Origin: a bacterium
GTDB lineage: Bacteria; SZUA-182; DTGQ01; JAFGSM01
Assembly: GCA_049472335.1 (NCBI GenBank)
Contig: JBLIRO010000108.1
Span: forward strand, 1 to 13,910
Direction: 5' to 3'
DNA: 13,910 bases
The notes under the pieces are model-generated. The model saw only the letters and a program-made list of their open reading frames with translations. It did no database searches and was not told the origin of the DNA. This document shows, piece after piece, positions 1-5,997 of this stretch. Numbering within the stretch: the stretch's first letter is position 1; each line of letters begins with the position of its first letter. The translations under genes and the position numbers were made by a program.

Positions 1-100
1 AGTCTAAAACGTAATAGAAAACCTGCTTAGCGCCTTGCCGGTGAAGCTTTTTTTTGCGTGTCATGACGATTTCAACTGCAAGATCCGGGTTAAACCAAAT

Positions 101-136
101 TCGATTTTTTAGTCTGTAAATCGCCTTTCCAGTCGA
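101..136 (+). promoter_or_regulatory. Tandem palindromic activator sites (UAS pair A)
   Basis: TCGAT-TTTTTA-GTCTG (101-116) and TCGCC-TTTCCA-GTCGA (121-136), 20 bp apart. The same arrangement recurs at 1886-1921, 3436-3472 and 5944-5980(-). Confidence 0.7.
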
Positions 137-180
137 ATCAAGCCAAAATTCTTATCCGTTAAAATATTCTTTTTCTTTTT

Positions 181-193
181 TTTCAAAGGTTTA
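181..193 (+). promoter_or_regulatory. IHF-like binding box
   Basis: TTTCAAAGGTTTA, one mismatch to WATCAANNNNTTR, starting 30 nt before the TGGC element. Equivalent boxes lie at 1968-1980 and 5884-5896(-). Confidence 0.5.
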
Positions 194-210
194 TTTTAAT
201 TCAAAAGACT

Positions 211-235
211 TGGCATAATATTGCATAATATTTGA
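211..235 (+). promoter_or_regulatory. sigma54-type -24/-12 element carrying an internal 10-bp tandem duplication
   Basis: TG-GCATAATATT-GCATAATATT-TGA. Removing one copy gives TGGCATAATATTTGA (GG-N10-GA), matching the three sibling promoters. Confidence 0.6.
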
Positions 236-459
236 TGGATCATATATTAATTTTAAACCTATTATCAATCTGGGAATTATTCTATACCCCGGATAGTTGG
301 GGGGGGTGATTGCCTGAAAAATTTCTCTAAAAAACCATCTCATTTATTCGTTTAACATCACAGAATCTGAGACAGATAAAAACATTATGAATATTTTTTT
401 GATTAATTATTATTAATTGATCAGCTTTTAATTTGTTGATATTAAGTAGGAGCATTACA

Positions 460-1626
460 ATGAATAAGAAAATTTCCTTATATATTGCGATTATGAGTAT
501 AACTGCATTGCTGGTCCCGGTTTTATTTTTCTGCTCGAATGCAAATGCGCAATGGGGATGGGGTCCTCAATACGGTCAAGGCGGATGGGGAGCCTATAAT
601 GGCAGAAATTCATGGAATCCTTGGTACGGCGGTGGTTACGGGGCCATTTCCCCGACAAAAACAGTGAAAAAATGGGCTGGTTGGAACGATGATGGCTGGG
701 AGGAATTTATCGAAGTATTACAAGAGAAATATCCTGATTTAGAAGGGATAAATTGGGATGAATACGAAGACTGGGATGAAAATGATTGGAAAGCCCTCCG
801 TGAGGCTTTGCAGGAAGTGAGGCTTGAAGAAAGTCTGGAAAAATTCATTGAGGATGTAACTGAAAAATTTGACGGATATGACAATGATGATTGGGAATCA
901 TTTAATACCAATTTTTTTGCGTTTATTGAAGCTGCTGAAGAAGAAGATACCGATGTCGATCTTCTCTGGGCCGGTTTTGTTGCCACCTACGGATGCTTTG
1001 ATAGTGCTGCTGATGACGGTGAGCTAATTGAGTGCTGGAAAAACTATGATGAATGGGATGAAGATCAATGGGAGGATTTTCGAGGAATTTATAGTGAATA
1101 TCTTGAATATGAATGGACACAATTCAATGAGGAACTTCAGGAAAGGCTGGAAAATTATTATGATGAATTAGCAGACTGGGAAGATTGGCGTAACTGGACC
1201 GATGATGAATGGGAATCGTATCTGGATAAATATAGTAGTTTCATATCCGGCAGTTCCGGTGGATACGGCTTTGGCAGTCCTTTTGGTTATTCCGGAGGAT
1301 GGGGATTTGGCAGACGAAGTGGTTACGGATTCGGCTTCCCTGGCGGCTATGGCTTTGGCAGTCAGAGCGGATACAGATATGGCAGCCAGGCTGGTTACAA
1401 CTATGGTTCTCCTGTAGGCTATGGTTATGGTGGCCCTCCCGGATATGGGTATAATGTTGGCCCTCCCGGATATAACTATAACGGCTGGGGTGGTTACGGA
1501 TATGGCGGATATGGCTATGGATTCCCTGGACCTTATGGATATAATAACCAGGGCGGATATGGTTATGCCGGTCCTGGTTCTTATTATGGCTATGGTGGCC
1601 CATGGGGAGCCAATGGCTGGTGGTAA
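460..1626 (+). CDS. Secreted protein with Gly/Trp/Tyr-rich ends and a central acidic Trp-repeat domain (388 aa)
   Basis: AGGAG at 448-452 before ATG 460. Sec-type signal peptide MNKKISLYIAIMSITALLVPVLFFCSNANA|Q. Five aromatic-x-x-aromatic-(D/N/T)-x-x-x-W-(E/K) repeats, and a C-terminal ~8-residue GY-x-(Y/F)-G periodic tail ending GWW. Confidence 0.85.
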   Translation: MNKKISLYIAIMSITALLVPVLFFCSNANAQWGWGPQYGQGGWGAYNGRNSWNPWYGGGYGAISPTKTVKKWAGWNDDGWEEFIEVLQEKYPDLEGINWDEYEDWDENDWKALREALQEVRLEESLEKFIEDVTEKFDGYDNDDWESFNTNFFAFIEAAEEEDTDVDLLWAGFVATYGCFDSAADDGELIECWKNYDEWDEDQWEDFRGIYSEYLEYEWTQFNEELQERLENYYDELADWEDWRNWTDDEWESYLDKYSSFISGSSGGYGFGSPFGYSGGWGFGRRSGYGFGFPGGYGFGSQSGYRYGSQAGYNYGSPVGYGYGGPPGYGYNVGPPGYNYNGWGGYGYGGYGYGFPGPYGYNNQGGYGYAGPGSYYGYGGPWGANGWW

Positions 1627-1668
1627 TATTTATTGTTTAAGATGATTTTTTCATTATTTTTGACAATT

Positions 1669-1757
1669 CAGCATTACCCCCCCTTTAATGCTGGCGCTTA
1701 TCAGGCAGGTGTGTTTAAATGGATTTTTACTCTGTTTAAGCCCACCTGCCATTAAGC
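1669..1757 (+). other. Two adjacent 3' hairpins (C7-loop hairpin plus a long imperfect stem); possible terminator or structured RNA
   Basis: CAGCATTA-CCCCCCCTT-TAATGCTG (1669-1693) and GCTTA..GGCAGGTG..TTTAAATGGA / TCTGTTTAAG..CACCTGCC..TAAGC (1696-1757). No following U-tract. Confidence 0.5.
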
Positions 1758-1885
1758 CCACTTATCTATTTAAATCTTTGAGATTATATCATTACAGGAT
1801 CCTTCTAACTGACTTTTTGTCATCAAGATCATATTTATTATTGCATCAATTTTAATCTCTTTAGTTAATTAAATTTTTACAGATT

Positions 1886-2011
1886 TCGACCATTTAGTCT
1901 AAATGTCGCCCACCAAGTCGATACAGACTTTATTTTTATTTTAACAATTAAGCATTTTATCTTATTATTTCAATAAGTTAAATCACTATTCAATGATGGC
2001 ATAATACTTGA
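1886..2011 (+). promoter_or_regulatory. sigma54-type promoter module B (UAS pair + IHF-like box + -24/-12)
   Basis: TCGAC-CATTTA-GTCTA (1886-1901), TCGCC-CACCAA-GTCGA (1906-1921), TTTCAATAAGTTA (1968-1980), TGGCATAATACTTGA (1997-2011). Confidence 0.72.
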
Positions 2012-2122
2012 GATATTCATATCCAGATTCAGGAAATTATAATCCGCAGAGTATAATGATAAATGATATATTTGAAAACATCAAAAGCATTAGAATGAAA
2101 TCATTTTTTTTCTTTAAACTTA

Positions 2123-2263
2123 ATATTGATGGATTTGCAAAAAGTCATTTTGTCGTCTCCGGGCCTTTTTTAAAGGCCCCAAAGCTTGCTCCACTTCGCT
2201 AAGGGCCTTTATCAAAGAATACCCATGACTCCTTTCTTGGCTTTTTTATGATCTTATCAATAT
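2123..2263. mobile_element. Degenerate MITE/REP-like insert (~141 bp)
   Basis: Imperfect terminal inverted repeats ATATTGATGGATTTGCAAAAAGTC (2123-2146) and GGCTTTTTTATGATCTTATCAATAT (2239-2263). The interior is more GC-rich than the flanks and has a GGGCCTTT..AAAGGCCC hairpin. Confidence 0.5.
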
Positions 2264-2326
2264 GTAGTCAATAGCTATCATTTTTTGACTATCGATTATA
2301 ATCAAATAATTTATATGGGAGGATAA

Positions 2327-2407
2327 ATGGATAAAAAAATAGAATTCGAATCAGATGAAACAATATTTTTTAATATTTTTTTAAAGGAGTTTAAGTTATG
2401 CAATTAA
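2327..2407 (+). CDS. Possible 26-aa upstream ORF (MDKKIEFESDETIFFNIFLKEFKLCN) overlapping the next start codon
   Basis: GGGAGG at 2317-2322, ATG 2327, TAA 2405-2407; translated by hand. Confidence 0.25.
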   Translation: MDKKIEFESDETIFFNIFLKEFKLCN

Positions 2408-3189
2408 AGAGTTCTTCTAAAAATATCATCTTCATTATTTTATCATCAATTATGATTTTATGTATTCTCTCTTGCCCTGCTTTTGCCCAATATTATTATC
2501 CTTATTCCGGTACTAGCTACTATAATTATAGTCCATACTCATATTACAGCGGTTCTAGTCCATATGGAAGCTATTATAGCGGCTATGGTTATGGATACGG
2601 GTATCCTTCATATGGATATAGTGGCTACGGATATGGTTACGGTTATCCTTCTTATGGGTCTGGCGGTTATGGATATGGATACGGGTATCCCTCATACGGT
2701 TACAGTGGTTATGGATACGGATATGGATATCCTTCCTATGGATACAGTGGCTATGGATATGGATACGGGTACCCCTCATACGGTTACAGTGGTTATGGAT
2801 ACGGATATGGTTATCCTTCCTATGGATACAGTGGTTATGGATACAGTAGTTATCCCTCCTACTATGGTGGATATGGTTATGGCGGCTATGGTGGATACGG
2901 CGGCTATGGTGGATACGGTGGCTATGGTGGTTATGGTGGTTATGGTGGATACGGTGGCTATGGTGGATACGGCGGTTATGGTGGATATGGCGGTTATGGC
3001 GGTTATGGTGGATACGGCGGTTATGGTTTGAGTGCATATGGACTTGGTGGAATTGGTCTGGGAGGATTTGGTTTAGGCGGTTTCGGCCTGGGTTTGTCTG
3101 GTCTGGGGCTTGGTGGCCTCGGTATTGGCGGCCTTAGTCTACAAACTTCCGGTATCATTGGCAGCCTTATTGCCATGGGAGTTATATAA
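2398..3189 (+). CDS. Secreted Gly/Tyr/Ser-rich repeat protein (263 aa), putative structural or matrix protein
   Basis: AAGGAG at 2384-2389. Signal peptide ending AFA|Q, then 6 x 14-aa YSGYGYGYGYPSYG, 16 x GGY and a Gly/Leu hydrophobic C-terminus. Repeat variation is almost all at third codon positions in this frame. Confidence 0.88.
   Translation: MQLKSSSKNIIFIILSSIMILCILSCPAFAQYYYPYSGTSYYNYSPYSYYSGSSPYGSYYSGYGYGYGYPSYGYSGYGYGYGYPSYGSGGYGYGYGYPSYGYSGYGYGYGYPSYGYSGYGYGYGYPSYGYSGYGYGYGYPSYGYSGYGYSSYPSYYGGYGYGGYGGYGGYGGYGGYGGYGGYGGYGGYGGYGGYGGYGGYGGYGGYGGYGLSAYGLGGIGLGGFGLGGFGLGLSGLGLGGLGIGGLSLQTSGIIGSLIAMGVI
2575..2826 (+). repeat. Coding tandem repeat, 6 x 42 bp, including an 84-bp higher-order duplication
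   Basis: Units encode (Y/S)(S/G)GYGYGYGYPSYG. Segments 2668-2751 and 2752-2835 differ at only 3 positions by manual comparison. Confidence 0.9.
2881..3024 (+). repeat. Coding tandem repeat, 16 x 9 bp, encoding (GGY)16
   Basis: Sixteen consecutive Gly-Gly-Tyr codon triplets that vary only at synonymous positions. Confidence 0.92.
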
Positions 3190-3248
3190 GACTGTAGATA
3201 ACAGCATTAATTTACATATTACATAAGCAAAATAATCGATCATAAATT

Positions 3249-3285
3249 AAATAAGCCCGCAGATAATCAATGCGGGCTTATTTTT
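3249..3285 (+). terminator. Intrinsic terminator
   Basis: AAATAAGCCCGCA-GATAATCAA-TGCGGGCTTATTT followed by T residues, 60 nt after the stop at 3189. Confidence 0.8.
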
Positions 3286-3435
3286 ATGATGTAATAGGCT
3301 GTTCCTTATTATTTTCAATCTTCTGCGCACTTTCTTTATCCTTAATCACTTCGGCCCCACTCAGTATTTTGTTTATCAAACCTATATTAATCATTTTTGC
3401 AAGATTACCGGAAGATGCGCTCCTTTTTGCTTAAC

Positions 3436-3577
3436 TCGCCCATTTAGACATAGAAATAGCCCAATAGGTCGGGTTTAAAATTAATTCAACTTTTTTGTTC
3501 CCATAAATATGTATCATTCAAAACAAATTAGCATATTATTATAATATATATTGTTTTTAGTTGGGCATGAAACTTGA
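3436..3577 (+). promoter_or_regulatory. sigma54-type promoter module C (more degenerate; no intact gene downstream)
   Basis: TCGCC-CATTTA-GACAT (3436-3451), TAGCC-CAATAG-GTCGG (3457-3472), GGGCATGAAACTTGA (3563-3577). Confidence 0.5.
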
Positions 3578-3711
3578 ATTATATAAAATCAGTTGTGGAA
3601 AGAGGCGATAAAAAATGTGTCCTCTTTTCATATTCATAAATGGTTAATGTAAGCCAAGGGGGTGGTTATATAGATTATTAGGTTATTTTATCATTGATAA
3701 TAAAATCAAAA

Positions 3712-3880
3712 AGTGTCCCGGATGTAAAATATTCGATAAGTTTAAAAGGACATGTTTATTGCTTTTGGGTTGTCCTTTGTTTATTTTTTTGAATTTTGAT
3801 GGTTTAACCCGCCTTTATACTATTTTATATTGAATTTATATTTAGGAATTAAGAAGATTTTATTTTACATCCGGGACACT
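3712..3880. mobile_element. MITE-like element, 169 bp, with perfect 20-bp terminal inverted repeats
   Basis: AGTGTCCCGGATGTAAAATA (3712-3731) is the exact reverse complement of TATTTTACATCCGGGACACT (3861-3880). AT-rich interior with no long ORF and no obvious target-site duplication. Confidence 0.75.
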
Positions 3881-4060
3881 GACTAATAAAAATTATTATC
3901 CGGCTTGATTAAATACAAATTCTGCACTCTCTAAATCCAATATTATTAGCTTGTGCAATAACATAAGATCAATCTTGCATAGAACAATTTGACAGATATC
4001 CTGAATACATTTGAATATTTTTTACAGGTTTTAAAACAGATTCACGGGCTTAAAAAAATC

Positions 4061-4592
4061 CTTATTATTACCGATCATGATACAGTCACCACTACCCCTT
4101 CCGTGCCTGGCATCAGATTAATCCAGGGGTGTGAGGAAACAGCCTTGACGGGGCATATTGGTAGACTCGCCTGCACAATATGCAGAACTGCATTGGGATT
4201 CGGCACTTTCACGTGGTGTATATGTATCGGGCGTCGCAACGGATGACTGTCATAATATAGCCGGCAGCGGATTTAACCAGGGCTGGATTGTGGTGTATGC
4301 GGATTCCGATTCCGAAGCGAATATTATAAAGGAAATCCGCAACGGGAACTTCTACTCCTCATCAGGGCCGGATCTCGCAATATCAACTTCTGCATCCAAA
4401 ATCACGGCCAAAACATGGGAAAGCAGCACAATTGTCTTCATTGGTAACAAAGGCACCTTGCTTCAGACGACATCCGCAACGACTACTGCATCCTATACGG
4501 TAAAAGGATCGGAGCGATATATCCGCGTCAAGGTTACGCGTGACATGGACATGAAATCCGCCTGGTCAAATCCGATAGTAGTATGGAAATAA
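4061..4592 (+). pseudogene. Remnant of a PHP-domain (CehA/McbA-like) metallohydrolase gene
   Basis: One frame gives ITDHD...GCEET...GHIG (4067-4162). Another gives WDSALSRG...ATDDCH...IRNGNFYSSSGP...YIRVKV...AWSNPI-stop. The N-terminal HxH metal motif and the central part of the barrel are missing. Confidence 0.7.
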
Positions 4593-4703
4593 CATTATCA
4601 TTATTACTGGATCCATTGATTATGGCTCCGGTGCAATATATTGCTGTTTTTGGGGGCATTAAAATTAGTTTTTGCGACTGCGGCAGATTTGAATTTAATT
4701 TGG

Positions 4704-5048
4704 CTATTTATCAATTTCATTCTCAATATTTAACTCAGAAATTAGTTTGTAATTGCCTGGACTCTTTGATTTAAAATATTCTTCCACTTCCTCTTTTTCA
4801 TCCAGGTTTTTTACATCGCCATATATAATTATAGTCTCTGTATTTCTATCAACATACACATCATACATCTTATCTTTAATAACAGTAGTCCAATGCATGA
4901 TATTGGATTCTTCAAATTGTTGCCCCAAATCTATCTTTCGCCTGTAAGCTTCCGTGCATGTTATATTAATAATAAATATAAATACCACTGAAATTTGCAG
5001 AAGAACTAACTTCTTTAAAAGACTTTTTTTATTGATTCCTGTTTTCAT
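4704..5048 (-). CDS. Small secreted protein, BON-domain-like, paralog 2 (114 aa)
   Basis: Basic then hydrophobic N-terminus ending TEA. IIIYGDVKNLDEKEEVEEY resembles the BON V-x-L-x-G-x-V-x4-E-K helix. Aligns without gaps to 5308-5634. Confidence 0.7.
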   Translation of the reverse strand: MKTGINKKSLLKKLVLLQISVVFIFIINITCTEAYRRKIDLGQQFEESNIMHWTTVIKDKMYDVYVDRNTETIIIYGDVKNLDEKEEVEEYFKSKSPGNYKLISELNIENEIDK

Positions 5049-5054
5049 ACCACC

Positions 5055-5270
5055 CTACCTTATTTTTTCTGAGCCACTTAATTGATTAAAAAAACGAGAC
5101 ACTTCCTTTATTTCAGATCCTGTTCTTAACAGAAGCATTCTAAACGGATTCCCCTGCTCGAAAAATTTAGATTCTAAAAAACAATAATAGGGTTCTGTTT
5201 GTCTAATAGGAAGAAGACAATTTTTCAAAGGCCTATTAAAAATCTTCTTTATTACTTTGTAAATCTTCAT
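5055..5270 (-). CDS. Small basic hypothetical protein (71 aa)
   Basis: AAGGAG 5 nt before the ATG. Fills the gap between the two paralogs (37-nt and 6-nt spacers). Confidence 0.5.
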   Translation of the reverse strand: MKIYKVIKKIFNRPLKNCLLPIRQTEPYYCFLESKFFEQGNPFRMLLLRTGSEIKEVSRFFNQLSGSEKIR

Positions 5271-5307
5271 CTTAACTCCTTTTCTCTAAAAATTATTTAT
5301 CAATATA

Positions 5308-5634
5308 TTAATATAAAACAGAAATTTCATAATTTAAGTAAAAATCCGACGGTGCTCTCAATCTGAAGTATTTCTCAGCTATTTCCTTTTCCTCCCAGCT
5401 TTCAACTCCACCAAGCACTGTAATGGACTTCTCTTTTTGATTTGTGTAAACATCAAATACAATACCATTAACCTCAACCTTTCTGAACCTTAATAATGAT
5501 TTTTCCATCAATTCATTAAGATTTAATGGTCTCAATGAAGCCTCTGTTGTTACAAAACCTGAGAGAAAAAATAGTATAACAGCTATCAGAATAATAACTG
5601 AGAGATAATTTTTTCTTGATCCGAACTTTAACAT
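5308..5634 (-). CDS. Small secreted protein, BON-domain-like, paralog 1 (108 aa)
   Basis: AAGGAGGTG precedes ATG 5634, preferred to GTG 5655. Signal peptide ending TEA; ITVLGGVESWEEKEIAEKY motif. Confidence 0.75.
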   Translation of the reverse strand: MLKFGSRKNYLSVIILIAVILFFLSGFVTTEASLRPLNLNELMEKSLLRFRKVEVNGIVFDVYTNQKEKSITVLGGVESWEEKEIAEKYFRLRAPSDFYLNYEISVLY

Positions 5635-5851
5635 TTCTACCACCTCCTTTCTCACTTCAGCAGCATTTCTAAAATTAATGTGCTATTATTAGTATTTGCA
5701 GCTATAAACTGATTCAAGACATAAACTCAATTGTAAACTTTAATGTTATTGAACAATAAAATACTTTGGATTTCAGGAATCAGATTTTAGCTTTTTATTG
5801 ATAAATCCTTGATATTTCAGAGAATATCTTTTCAAACTAATTATATATATC

Positions 5852-5980
5852 TCAATTTTCATGCCAAACCAGCAAAACCAATATAAGATATTGAATATAA
5901 AAGCTAATATTGAATTATTAATTTGAAAGGGTATCGATAAATCTCGACTTGATAGGCGTTTTTTATGCAAAAATTGTCGA
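5852..5980 (-). promoter_or_regulatory. sigma54-type promoter module D
   Basis: Minus strand: TCGAC-AATTTT-TGCAT (5980-5965), ACGCC-TATCAA-GTCGA (5959-5944), ATTCAATATCTTA (5896-5884), TGGCATGAAAATTGA (5866-5852). Confidence 0.72.
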
Positions 5981-5997
5981 ATTCAGCTATTATTGAA

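Noticed and set aside
1..93. Possible right end of an insertion sequence (..TTCAACTGCAAGATCCGGGTTA)
   Set aside because: It looks like an IS terminus, but no partner repeat or transposase is visible in the window, so it cannot be supported.
636..1645. Alternative ORFs 636-986, 923-1120, 1202-1417, 1241-1603 and 1421-1645
   Set aside because: They overlap the 460-1626 CDS and are explained by its biased codons.
2008..2202. 64-aa ORF
   Set aside because: Starts inside the promoter B -12 element, has no RBS and runs into the MITE-like insert.
2575..3024. Regular repeats as a possible CRISPR array
   Set aside because: Head-to-tail in-frame coding repeats with no unique spacers, and no cas genes nearby.
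2483..3037. 182-aa Met/Val/Asp-rich (+) ORF and 160-aa His-rich (-) ORF
   Set aside because: Shadow frames of the Gly/Tyr repeats. Variation is synonymous only in the 2398 frame, which also has the RBS and signal peptide.
4158..4182. Programmed frameshift joining the two PHP fragments
   Set aside because: No slippery heptamer is visible, and essential segments are missing, so joining would not restore the enzyme.
5773..5970. 65-aa minus-strand ORF
   Set aside because: Lies over promoter module D (UAS, IHF-like box, -24/-12) and has no RBS.
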